A stretch of DNA of 64,000 bases from Entomortierella parvispora E1425 (taxonomy: Eukaryota; Fungi; Mortierellomycota), in assembly GCA_020891255.1 (NCBI GenBank), contig BQFW01000001.1, positions 2,356,001 through 2,420,000 of the forward strand, written 5' to 3'. Numbering within the stretch: position 1 is the stretch's first letter; each line of letters begins with the position of its first letter. Positions 27,970-39,707 of the stretch are shown piece by piece. The notes under the pieces are model-generated. The model did not search any database. It was given only the letters and a program-made list of their open reading frames with translations, and was not told the DNA's origin. Position numbers and translations under genes: made by a program.

Positions 27970-28581
27970 CGCGATCTGTTTAAAGCGTGTCTTTGCAAGT
28001 GTGTGTCGTTGTCGATCCTCGATAGATTTGCAGATGGGGTTGAAAAAAATAATAATGAATAGTTGAACAGGAGTCGGACAAGAGACAAACGAAGAGAAAA
28101 AAGAATTGAAGACTGCAGGTGAGAGGGGCCATTATATAGTTGAGAATAGCTCTTACACAGCTTGCGATGTTGTCCGTTACAACGGCCATTTTGGACTATG
28201 ATGATATCGGGATGAGAAGGAACAAATCTCGAGTTACAGGATTGATTATCGTCTTGACGACCTGGCCCAAGCGATTCCAGCTCACCCCTCCCTTGATTTT
28301 CCTCATTCTGTGTCTCTCTTTTGTGCGTTCCACGTGTATTTTCTTCATTAAATGACGATCTTCCATGCAGGGCGAAGCTGGTCAAGGCGGCTGACCTTGG
28401 AATCGTTCGAAACGAAACCAGAAAAAGAGGGAACGCGATTTTTGTTCCCGCGCCGATTGGTCACGTGGAGCGGAGAGCTTGTTTGGGTGGCTTGTGCTGT
28501 TGTGTCTGTGTGCATGCAACTTGCCATGCATCTTTGTTCTTGGGACTCTCACAGACAGACACCGACAGACATAACAGCATC

Positions 28582-29663
28582 ATGACATCAACATCAGCGG
28601 CCCCGTCACCGGCCTTCACCTTCTCAGCATCCACCTTCCAAAAGTTACATCCTGCAGAGTATTTCCGCAAGTTCATCTCACAGGGTGTCCGCCCAGACGG
28701 CCGCCTTCTCACAGGATTCCGCCCCACTACTGTCCACTATGGTGTCATTAGCACAGCCAATGGCTCAGCCATGGTCCGCGTAGGAGGAACGACCGTTGTT
28801 TGTGGTGTCAAGGCAGAAGTCGCAGAGCCAAGACTGGATTCTCCTGACCAAGGATACCTTGGTATGATAAAAAGCTACCTCTTTTTTTTTCCAACGCGCT
28901 CTCCACGATCGCCTACTCGAAACAGAGATCTTTGCTATATTAACGATATTAACGAAGAACCATGCCTTGTTCCTTCCGATCTCCTTAACAGTGCCCAACG
29001 TTGATCTCTCGCCTATTTGCTCAAGCGCTTTCAGACCCGGCCCACCCAGTGAACAGGCCCAGGTCACATCAGATGCGATCGACCGCGTCTTGAAGGAGAG
29101 CAAGGTTTTGGATTTGAAGGATCTCTGCATCGAGGAAGGCAAGGCCGTTTGGTCGCTCTGGATCGATGTTGTCTGCGTCAGCTACGATGGAAATATCTAT
29201 GATGCTGCTTTGGCATCCGTCATGGCTGCTCTTGCAAATGGTATCTATTGCAATACAAATCTCTTCGATCCCCTTCCTTCGTTGACTTTAACACGCTCTA
29301 ACTTTTTTCTTCTTCTTAATTCTAGTCCGTATTCGCAAACCTACATACGACGAAGGAATTGTCAAAGTATCAGGGGCACAGGAACTGGATGATGACAACT
29401 CTTTCAAGCTGAACTTGAACAGGACACCCTTGAGCGCCTCGTTTGTCCTCTTTGATACCTCATTGGAATTATTGGCTGATCCCAACTTTGCCGAGGAGTC
29501 GATCTGTGAGGGTCAGATTTCTGTAACAGTCGATGAAGAAGGCCAGATCTGTGCTTTGTCAAAGGTCGGTGGTGGATCCAGCTCACCGTCGATTCTGAAG
29601 GAATGTGTTGATCGGGCAAAGGAGAGGAGCAAGGACCTTCGGGCCCTGATGCAACAGCAATAA
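28582..29663 (+). CDS. RRP43: Exosome complex RNase PH-like subunit Rrp43
   Basis: FQKLHPAEYFRKFI...RPDGR, GSAMVRVGGTTVVCGVKAE, DLCIEEGKAVWSLWIDVVCVSYDGNIYDA, LADPNFAEE. Confidence 0.9.
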
Positions 29664-29870
29664 GCAAAAATTAAACAAAAAAAAAAAGATGCTAAAACAT
29701 TCATTATCAAACAAGTTCCAGTGGTGGGTCGCCCCGAGTGTTTGCTTTGGAAAAAAAGAGTATATTACATGTGAAAGAAGAGAAGTTGTGAATGGTGGCA
29801 TGATGAGGGAGGGGAAAGTGTGGGGGGATATGACAATATGCAATGAATGCCTTCTAAATGCTATGATGAA

Positions 29871-31253
29871 TTATTCGGAGTGGAGAGCAGCCTGAAGAGC
29901 ACGCTTGACCTGGGCGCACTTGTCGACAAGAACCTGAACAGCCTGAACAAAGAGATCCTGGGGCTCAATCGATCCAACTGACTCGATGGTGACTACAATT
30001 TGAATGCAAAGAAACGGGAGTGTAAGTGGGTTGAAAATAAAGGATGCTGACCAAGATCGTAGCGTTTGCCCAACTTACAGATAAAGTGATCACGGACACG
30101 GGTGAGCTTGACCTTGTTCTCAAATTCGGCATGACGGAGGACCTCTCTTGAGACGGTATCCTTTCTGGGGTTAACGACAACAGCCTTTTTGACGCCATTT
30201 TCAACAACAACATCAACAACTCCCTCAGGGAAGCACTGCTGGAACTTGACTGCAGACTCGCCTGTGATCTCGCCATTGATCAAGATCTCGGGCAAGAGAC
30301 GGTATGTGGCCGTAGCAACAGGGGACCACTTGGCGTGATCCTGACCAAGTCCCTTTTCACAGTGCATCTCCACATCGATTTCCTGTCCTGGGCGCAACTT
30401 GGCAATAACGATATCATCAAAAACGGGCTTGATGGGGCATTCCTTGAAGCGCTCAGCCTGATCTCCCTTAGGGTCCCAGATCATATCTCCAGAGTAGACG
30501 CTCGAGTGGTTGTACTTCTTAAGGGGGTCGGTTTCCGTGGTAGGGGCGTTGGGGTTGCGTGTGCACCTCACTGCCAACTTGAAGACAATAGTGTTGGTAT
30601 CCATGGGGGTGTCATCCTTGGTCTTAAAGTCGAACTTTGTGGGATCGGCCAAGATAGGGACCAATCCCAAACGATGAGCCAGAACCTCGTCCACGACAAT
30701 AGAGGTGTTGTTCATCACAAAGACGTTGGAGATGGCCATCGTTGGGACCTCGGCGATCAAAATTCTGCGGAAAGCGTTGGCGATAGAGGCGTCGATCCCG
30801 CTCATGTCAAACTCCATTTCAGTCTTTGAAAGGCGGTTGATCTTGATCTTGAACATCTGTTAACAAGAGATAAAATAATGACTGGCTTGTTGAGTATTCT
30901 GGAATAGGTTGATCCTGAAAGTATTTTTGATCAGATCAAAGAACATCCTGACGATAATGTCAAAGGATCACGTACTTCCTTGAAACGCTCCAAGTTGAAT
31001 GCAAGGTCCTGGCCAGGGTAGGTGTGAGGGAAGTCGGTCGAGGCAGTCTAATAACAGAGCGGACCACAGGGGTAGTTCTATTAGCATTCTTTCCATCCGT
31101 TCAAAGACTTGTTGACTTCAGCAGGCAGTGGTCTGTCAGAGTCGCCGTATTCGATAAAAGTCGTACGCTGGTAACACGGTCGCGCTCGACAATGACTCGA
31201 GAGCGCAGGGTCTCAATGTCGTTGTGGGCAAAGTTCTTCTTCTCGGAGACCAT
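29871..31253 (-). CDS. RPC40: RNA polymerase I/III shared subunit AC40
   Basis: FDMSGIDASIANAFRRILIAEVPTMA, KLRPGQEI, GQDHAKWSPVATATYRLLP, RVRDHFIFTIESVG. Confidence 0.95.
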
Positions 31254-31674
31254 GATGAGTATATTTGTATGGGAGAGAGGACGGTGCGATGAAGCAAGCA
31301 AAGAGGCATGCAACAAGTTTCTTTTTTCTTTTTTGAAAAAAACGGGCGTTAAAAAACATTCTACGTCACTGTAGCCAGAAATCGGAGTAAGAGCAGCGAT
31401 TTTTTGGTGGCGGAGTGACTACCATTTAAGTCTCCAGCAGAGCAGCAGTCATAGAGTAAACACAAGAAAAAAAAGAAAAAAGGGACCGAGGCCATTCGCT
31501 TGCATTCAGACCGAAGAGACAGACAACACTCGCCCATTCCATTGGACATTGCCATCCTCCAGCTTCAAACATCCACACCCTGCTCTGTTCTCTGACCCCG
31601 GTCCCTTCCCTCTCAGCCGTTTCGCCTCCTTTTACCCTAACTCCACCATATCACAGAGCGAACAGCATACAAAA

Positions 31675-34615
31675 ATGTCGAACGACTTTGTTATGACCAT
31701 TGACGACGACGACGAGTCGGTCCCTTTCCTTGATGAGGAGGAAATCGAGGTCGAGGAGGTCGCCACCAAGAAAAAGAACAAAAAGAACAAGAAGGGACAC
31801 CAGATGACCAAGGACGCTGGCGACCTTGACCCCAACTTTTCTTTTGATGCCGAAGGAGGCGGACACATGGGAGCCCATCATGACTGGGACTTTACCGCTG
31901 CCCGTGCTGCTCTCCGTGCTCAGGACGAGGTAGGAACCGAGGATCAAGATCAACAGTTGAAGCGACGGATCAGTTACCAAAGTACTGACTGAATTTTATA
32001 TACGCTACAGATGCAACCTGGTTTGAGCTTGGATGATATCATTGCCCGGAAACGTGCTCAGGTTAAGGCAAAGAAGTCAGGCAAGCTCATCGCCCCTATC
32101 GAGGATGAGAAAGAAGTCAACGAGGATGATGAAAGTGGTAAGTGGCGTGAATCTACTGGTCTGTATTCTTAATAGTAACGTCTTTGTTTAAAATCCCATG
32201 CTGATCCTGTTTATGCTTCATGTATTAGAATTTCAAGAGGCACCCGATTCAGATGAGGAGGGCGCTGAGATGGAGGGTATTCAGTTCGACGAAGACGACG
32301 AGGATATCGGTATGTTCATCCTTCCGTGTTCTGGTTAATATCTGCAATGGCGTTTTATTATCTTCAAGCTAATGGCAATGTACTTTTTCTTCAATAGCTG
32401 CTGATGGCTTTGGCGGTGGTCGTGACGAGGATGCTGGATTGGAAGACAACGAAGCCGAGGAGGCTGAGCTTGAGGATGCCAGCGAAGAAGAATCTGGAAG
32501 CGAAGAGTCAGAAGGAGAGTCCGAGTCTGAAAACGAGGATGAAGAAGAGGAGAGCGAGAGTGATAGCGATGAAGAAGAAGAGGAGACAGAGTTCCAGAAG
32601 GAGGTGAGGATCTTACCATGAGGCACTTTCGTGGACACCAGTCAAGTTTTGCGTTCTGACATGTTTTTGTTTTTGTTTTTTTTTTTTTGCAAAAATAGCG
32701 CAAAAGAGCATACTTCGCTCCCGAAACTGATACGCCAACCGAGGTTGCTGAGACTTTTGCTACCATGAACCTCTCCCGTCCCATCTTGAAGGGTCTTGCC
32801 CAAGTCGGATTCATTCAGCCTACCCAAATTCAGGCAAGAACTATTCCAGTGGCATTGATGGGCAAGGATATTTGTGGTGGTGCTGTTACTGGTTCAGGAA
32901 AGACTGCTGCCTTTGTTGTGCCCGTCTTGGAGCGTCTTTTGTACCGATCCAGACAAACTGCTACTTCCCGAGTCTTGATCTTGTGTCCTACTCGTGAATT
33001 GGCCATTCAGTGTCACAGTGTTGCCCAAAAGCTGGCCAGTTTTACAGATATCACCTTTGGTCTCTGTGTTGGTAAGTTCATTGACAGAATGAAGTCCCTG
33101 GATAGTTATTAGAATTGTGTTCTGACCCTTTGTTGGTAATGTTTGATAGGTGGTTTGTCCCGTAACGCGCAGGAGATTCAGCTTCGCACCCGCCCCGATG
33201 TTTTGATCGCCACCCCTGGTCGTTTGATCGATCATATTCTCAACTCTCGCTCATTCACATTGGATCACATCGATATTTTGATTATGGATGAGGCTGATCG
33301 TATGCTCGAGGATGGTTTCTCGGCCGAGTTGACCGAGATTGTGAAGGCCTGCCCCCAGAACCGCCAGACTATGTTGTTCTCTGCTACCATGACCGACAAC
33401 GTTGACGAGTTGATCCGCATGTCCTTGAACAGACCTGTTCGTCTTCAGATCGATTCTTCGAATGCCACCGCCGCTCGTTTGGTTCAGGAGTTTGTTCGTA
33501 TCCGTCAACATCGCGAGGAGGACCGCCCTGCTGTTCTCTTGGCTCTGTGCTCTCGCACCTTTAAGCGTCGCGTTATTATCTTCTTCAGATCCAAGGCTGC
33601 AGCTCATCAAATGAAGATCATTTTCGGTCTCATGGGTCTTCGCTCAGCAGAGCTTCACGGAAACTTGACACAAGAGCAGCGTCTTGCCTCTCTGGAGGAA
33701 TTCAGGGATGAGCGTGTCGACTTTTTGTTGGCCACTGATCTTGCCTCCCGTGGTTTGGATATCAAGGGTATCGATACCGTCATCAACTTCAACATGCCTC
33801 AGAATTACGCCATTTACCAGCATCGTGTCGGTCGTACTGCTCGTGCTGGTCGCATGGGTCGTGCCGTCACATTGGCCGGAGAGAACGACCGCAAGCTTTT
33901 GAAGCTTGCCATCAAGAACGCAGACAAGAGAACTGTCAAGCATCGCGTTATCCCTCAGGATGTTATTACCCGTTACCGCGAGCGCGTTGAGGGATTAACT
34001 GACGGTGTCAAGGAGGTCATGGCTGAAGAGAAGGAGGACAAGGCTCTCCGCCAAGCAGAGATGGAAATGAGAAAGAGTCAGAACTTGTTGAGGCACGAGG
34101 ACGAGATTTACAGTCGACCTGCCAAGACGTGGTTCCAGACTGCTGACGAGAAGAAGTTGGCTGCCGACACGAGTAAGAATGCGTTGAACGAGCCCAAGAA
34201 GCGCAAGGTTGTTGAGGCCGACGCACCCAAGCGCGATCGGTTCGCAGGTATGTCTCGTGCCAAGAAGAGACGTCTCCAATTGTCTGAGGAGGATCACCAG
34301 GATATCAGCTCGCACAGCAAGTCTATTCACTCTGCCAAGAAGGCCCTCAAGCCTACCAGGATCCCCAAGCTTGCACCCGAGAGAGTCGCAACGAAACCTC
34401 AGGACAAGAAGAAGAAGAAGAAGAAGGATGTCGACTTTTCAAGAGACTTGGCCGATGCCTCCAAGAATGGAGTTGCAGCAGCCAAGAAGTTGGGCTCTGG
34501 ATCCAAGTTTGGAGGCAAGGATAAGAAGGACGAGAAGAAGGAGCGCAGCGGCAAGTTGGGCAAGCTCCGTTCCAACAAGGCCTTCAAGAGTTCCAAGAAG
34601 TACAAGAGACGTTAA
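31675..34615 (+). CDS. DRS1: DEAD-box RNA helicase Drs1/DDX27 (60S biogenesis)
   Basis: [33 protein letters not shown]; C-terminal [10 protein letters not shown] and [12 protein letters not shown] characteristic of Drs1. Confidence 0.95.
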
Positions 34616-34771
34616 ATGTCAGATCACTGCCATTTGCATCCCAGCAGATTTATCCCCCCAACCACCCGGTCACCCATCATTCCCGCATCCACCCTTTGCA
34701 TGTCATAATAAATACAAGAACATAGAACAAAACCCTTCAAAGCTCCTTCAATTGAATTTGGTACATCTGTC

Positions 34772-35015
34772 ATGGATGCCTGTCACGATACAGCGCCGTT
34801 ATACCTGGAAACCAGGGTCAAGTATTTGTTCAGCGCGCACGTAACCAGTAACCTTAGTAGCTGTAAACGGAACAGGTTCGATGTAGCAAGGACAATTAGT
34901 CTTCTCGTGGTCCCACACAAGGGTGACCCAGAGGCGGTCAAGCAAGCATATGCTGAGCGATATGGGAAGAACGGGAGCAATCAAGGATTTCATGGGGAAG
35001 GATCTCATTAAATAG
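34772..35015 (+). pseudogene. Possible annexin-repeat relic (frameshifted fragment)
   Basis: TISLLVVPHKGDPEAVKQAYAERYGK, then GAIKDF in another frame, resembles an annexin repeat C-terminal helix; judged by eye only. Confidence 0.25.
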
Positions 35016-35229
35016 TGACAGGGTCGCTGACACCCACCCACGATGGCGTATCGGGACGGCACAGACAGGTTGTGCAATTGCAAAAGCATTTTATTCCCTT
35101 GGGTGAAGCAGGTGCATGATACTTACAATTGGCAGGAAATAAACCACACGCCTGCCAGGGACCAGAAAAAAAGAATGCGGTGACACACCAGGACATCAGG
35201 ACAAATTAATAAAAGAAAAAAAAAAGAAA

Positions 35230-35315
35230 GGATGTGGAGGGTGTCGAACCCATCAAGCAAGCCCAATGAGGACCCGTATTGTTCCAAAGAAAATAGTTGA
35301 AGTTGCTACACATCC
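35230..35315 (-). ncRNA. Putative Pol III small RNA, copy A (86 nt)
   Basis: GGATGTG...CACATCC terminal stem, TAGC after the stem, B-box GGTTCGACACC, followed by TTTC-T10. Confidence 0.5.
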
Positions 35316-35667
35316 GTGAAGGTTTTTTTGAACCTCACTTGATAAACCGTTCTTTGGAGGCGTAGTCGCCTTTTTTTTTTTGGTGGCGTAAAATTTCATG
35401 GCAGCCTAGAAACCCTTGACCTCATGTCTTCACATAGACCAAGCAGCTCTCTTGTGGGTGCAGGGTTTGTTGCCTGTTGATCGTAAGTACAAACCACTCT
35501 TTCACTCTCTTTCTCCACCCAAGGGAAGCTAATTAATGCAGACAAAGCGAATCCATCGCCAGATTCAGGAAAGGGATTCAGAAATTTCACGCCACCAAAA
35601 AAAAAAAAAAAGGCGACTACGCCTCCAAAAGAACGGTTTATCAAGTGAGGTTCAAAAAAACCTTCAC

Positions 35668-35753
35668 GGATGTGTAGCAACTTCAACTATTTTCTTTGGA
35701 ACAATATGGGTCCTCATTGGGCTTGCTTGATAGGTTCGACACCCTCCACATCC
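35668..35753 (+). ncRNA. Putative Pol III small RNA, copy B (86 nt)
   Basis: GGATGTG-TAGCAACTTCAA...GGTTCGACACC-CTC-CACATCC followed by TTTC-T15. Confidence 0.5.
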
Positions 35754-35863
35754 TTTCTTTTTTTTTTTTTTTGGGCAAATGACAAAACAATTGACTTCGC
35801 CTCCAGAAATCTGTCTGCGGCTGGAGTAGCATTCAAGGGCCTTTCTGTAAAAAAACACCTGGT

Positions 35864-35959
35864 GGATGCGTAGCAGCTTCAAATCACTCCAAATACTGAG
35901 GCACTAAGTGTCGCATGGCATTGAACCAACAGCTGAGGGTTCGGACCCTGGTCGCATCC
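35864..35959 (+). ncRNA. Putative Pol III small RNA, diverged copy C (96 nt)
   Basis: GGATGCG-TAGCAGCTTCAA...AGGGTTCGGACCCT-GGT-CGCATCC followed by TTTTC-T11; compensatory T-A to C-G change in the terminal stem relative to A and B. Confidence 0.5.
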
Positions 35960-36070
35960 TTTTCTTTTTTTTTTTGTTGTCTCGTTGTTGTCTCGCCGGT
36001 TTTCATTCAAAACCTCTTGTATGTCACAAACTACCTGTGCTCCAGGTCTGCCCTCCCATGTTCCTGTTGC

Positions 36071-36083
36071 TCCCTCTCCCTCT

Positions 36084-36138
<55 letters not shown>
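36071..36138. repeat. (CT)n microsatellite
   Basis: Perfect CT run at about 36094-36138, preceded by CCCTCT variants. Confidence 0.95.
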
Positions 36139-36141
<3 letters not shown>

Positions 36142-36374
36142 AACTCCTCGATAGTCATCAGCTCTGGTGCCTCCTTCTGTAATGTCGAACTCTTGAGAGT
36201 GTCGACCACCAGATTCTAATAAGTATGCGAAATAGTCACGTGTGGAAGGTTTGACATAACTGATGCGGTACTCCAGGATTTTTTGAGCGACCCTCCTAGT
36301 TGCGAGCTTTTTCGTCTTTTTTTTTTCTTTCTTCACCCTACACCCACAACACCCATCCATTGCTCTCCATTCTC

Positions 36375-38209
36375 ATGAGCGACCAGGGTACTCACACTCT
36401 CCCAAACGAGGTCCTTTTGGACATTCTTCTTCACCTTGCGCAACTCTCTCCTCTCTCAGTTCCAAGACTTGCCCAAGTATGTCAACTCTGGCGATCGATT
36501 CTTCAGACGTATGAAGGCTTACTTTGGAAAGTGGCCACGCTGTGCAGGTTCCCAACTATATGCCTGAATCGATCCTGGGACAGAATCCCTCTCAAGAATG
36601 AGGATGCTATTTGTTTCAACCGACAGAGTGCGGAGTCAGAAGCGATGAAGGGCCAAAGCTGGAAGAACATCTTTCGTTTGCATCACGCCTGGGCACATCA
36701 ATCTGGTCAGACCCTGGTGATATCCCCTCCTTCGACAGAGGATCATGGTCTCACTGCATCCCAGGGCTCCATACCTCTAGACCACCACCAACATTCTGTC
36801 CACCATCATGACCACCACATGCAGGGTCTTCTTTCGGCTCGACCTTCTGATACGGGACCTGAGAGCACTCTGTACCCACCTGCGCTTAGCCCGTCGCCAA
36901 TCACTGATCACAGTATACTTTCAGCGAAAAACAACCTGCAGGAACATAAAGGGGTGAATGACAATCGAGCTGCAAACAGGAGCGACTCGCTGAGCTGTAG
37001 CTCTTGCACCTATGCTGATGTATGTTTGATCCCCCGGGCTGGGATCTGCGTGAGAACGCAGAGAGATCGCTCTCGTCCGCTGATGCAAGTTGTCAACGCC
37101 GAGGCTCTGGACCAAGTTGTTGACCTAGATGACCCTGTGGGTGCCCATCAAGACTTGATCTCCGGTCTGGCGGCCAACGATGAAGGATCGTTGCTAGTGT
37201 CTTGCTCGATCGATAGTACCGTTCGTGTTTGGGAGATTCAAAAGCATTTTACCCTGGAGGACCGATCGAGGAAATCATTCAGAGACCTTTTTCAGAGGTA
37301 TGGATGTCCGATCCAAAACCGAAAGGTATTGATTGGCCACATCGGATGGGTTAATGGTAACGTAAAAAATCAGCGGATCAATGCATGTTTCTTCACACTG
37401 GTTATTGGCATGGTCTAATTGTTCATCACCCTTCCATAGCTGTCGCGATCGAGAAGACAACGGTTGTCAGTGGTGGATCTGATCACACTGTGCGAGTTTG
37501 GGATGCTTTGTCGGGACTTCAAATAAGAGTGATTCCCGACCTCTTTGTCTCGCGAGATCTCGATCTTGGCGTATACTCGGTCGCGATTCATGGGTCCACG
37601 ATCGGCTGCGGCTCTATCATTGAGGGCTACCAAATTCATGATCTCGACTCTGGAGAGCTTCTGTTCGAGATTGACGAGCAGCTTTCGTCCAAGGATCACT
37701 TTCGATTCGAAACTCAACACTATCAGCAGTATGCTGCTCGAATCGCTTTCACAGACACCGTCGTGGTCACGAATTCAAAGTTGGAGGGCGTTCTGTGTGT
37801 CTGGGACCGTCAAAATGGTCATCCCTTATACCGGATTCAGGTTTGTTCACCAAGACCCAGTCCTCCAGAAACGAATAACGCGCCGGACACAAGTCGAGGG
37901 CTTGAGCGCATGAAGGTCCTGGACCCATATGGCAGCAATGGACACTGGGATTCGGACAGATCTACTGTTCACACGTTCAAGATCAACAAGTCAGGCTCGA
38001 TGCTGATGTGCACCTTGTGCGATGGACGCGTTTCACTATTTGAGTTTGGTAGTATGGCCCACGGAGACGCTACTGATCTCTGGAGCATTCAATCGCAAAG
38101 GCCTGTAAGGGCTGGCCAGACTCAGGATCAGCATCCACATCGGTGTGATGGTCAGACAGCCTGGATATGGGTTCGGAGCCATACCGGAAATACAGTTGTC
38201 GCCATTTGA
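36375..38209 (+). CDS. F-box / WD40-repeat protein
   Basis: F-box LPNEVLLDILLHL...LAQVCQLWR; WD repeats LVSCSIDSTVRVWE, LIGHIGWVNAVAI, VSGGSDHTVRVWD; one intron at about 37357-37439. Confidence 0.85.
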
Positions 38210-38382
38210 ATCACCACACAACTAAATAAAACCACCCTAGATAATAAATCATCGTGTGCAAGGGGTCGACCGATTCAGTCCATTGTACTCATGTTTGAAG
38301 CCGATCCCAGCTGATAATTACATGGTTGACTTCTTTGTATCGCGGAAGTACACAAAGGTCAACAACAACAGGGCTCTTCAAG

Positions 38383-38385
<3 letters not shown>

Positions 38386-38416
<31 letters not shown>
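38386..38416. repeat. (GA)n microsatellite
   Basis: Perfect GA run in the 3' intergenic region. Confidence 0.95.
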
Positions 38417-38420
<4 letters not shown>

Positions 38421-38930
38421 TCTCTCATGAATGAAGTAAACGGTTGTATTTATCGGAAGATGGGCGATCATTGTTCATTGTTTTCAAGTACTGCACAGAA
38501 CTAGCTATGTGTCGATCCTGGCCTGCTCTCGGTCAATCAATTGTCTCTTCAATTTGGCCAAACGTACGATCTCTTTGTTCGGATTCGACCCCAGCGTTTG
38601 AGTGTGAAGGATTCTGCCATGGTATATGATCCGCTTGGGTTCCGCCACGGCAAACGATCTATTTGTATTCTGCATCTGGGAGTGGTCTGCCTTGGCATGT
38701 ATTCTACCCATCTGCTGAGATTCTACTGGGTACATCGAGATTGTCTGACCTGTTCTCGGTTGTGTCATAACGTCTGCTGGGAGCAGATAGAGGGCATCCC
38801 TTTTTGGTCGATCCCGGACGCGTCGAGAGACGCGCAGTTCTCAGCCGTCACATTGAGGTCATTGCATTCTTTTTCTCTGGCTCATTTTACATTTCTCTCT
38901 CTTTTTCCCCATCCCTCATCCCTCATTACA

Positions 38931-39707
38931 ATGGCCTCTCGCAACTTTATCCAATCTGGGCGCAAGATCGTCGCCATCGGTCGCAACTTCGCCGACCATG
39001 CCAAGGAGCTCGGCAATGCCGTCCCTAAATCCCCCTTTTTCTTCCTCAAGCCATCGTCGTCCTTCATCGGCGCTGGTGAGAGCATCGAGATCCCCAAGGG
39101 ATGTGAGGTCCATCACGAGGTTGAGCTCGGTGTCGTTATCGGAAAGGAGGGTCGAGACATTGCCGCCAAGGACGCCGATCAGTACATTGCAGGATACACT
39201 CTCGCCTTGGATATGACTGCCCGCAACTTGCAGGAGGCTGCTAAAAAGGCTGGTTTGCCCTGGAGTGCCGCCAAGGGCTTTGATACCTTTACCCCCGTGG
39301 GAGAATTCATCCCCAAGGAGAAGATCCCTGATACCAACAACGTGGACCTTTCGCTCAAGATTGATGGAGTCACCAAGCAGGATGGAAACACACGCGATAT
39401 GATCTTCAAGTAAGGACCTCTTTTTTTCTGATCTCACTCTTTTTTTTTTTTTTTTTTTGATCTTCAATTGGCGGAGCTGGCAACTCACATTGACTATTCC
39501 TATTATTCTCCTAGGATCCCCACCTTGATCGAACATGTCTCCTCTATTATGAAGCTTCAGGAGGGCGATGTCATCTTGACGGGCACCCCCCGTGGCGTTG
39601 GACCTGTCAAGTCGGGCGAGACTGTGACCTGTGAAATGGCTTCTCAGGGCAAAATCATCTCTCAATTGCGCTTCCCAGTCATTGATCGCACTAAGGCCAA
39701 TAAGTAG
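38931..39707 (+). CDS. FMP41: Fumarylacetoacetate hydrolase family protein (FAHD1/Fmp41 acylpyruvase, oxaloacetate decarboxylase)
   Basis: KIVAIGRNFADHAKEL, FFLKP, HHEVELGVVIG, LALDMTAR, AKGFDTF, GDVILTGTP. Confidence 0.92.

Larger units (their letters stand above)
35211..35772. repeat. Inverted repeat, arms 35211-35397 and 35581-35772, 183-bp spacer
   Basis: Arms are reverse complements apart from 3 transitions, one A/G change in the terminal A-run and homopolymer length differences. Confidence 0.95.

Noticed and set aside
27965-27972. PAC motif (CTCATCGC) for RRP43
   Set aside because: Overlaps the subtilase start codon about 600 bp from RRP43; likely coincidental.
35668-35754. Canonical tRNA-Met(CAT) gene
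   Set aside because: Spacing from anticodon arm to acceptor is tRNA-like, but the D-region is about 12 nt too long with no D-stem, the T-stem has only 2-3 pairs, and copy C lacks the anticodon arm.
35864-35959. 5S rRNA (starts GGATGCG, ends GCATCC-TTTT) or tRNA-Sec (CTTCAAA)
   Set aside because: Only 96 nt with no internal 5S motifs; CTTCAA lies directly after the terminal stem, not in an anticodon loop.
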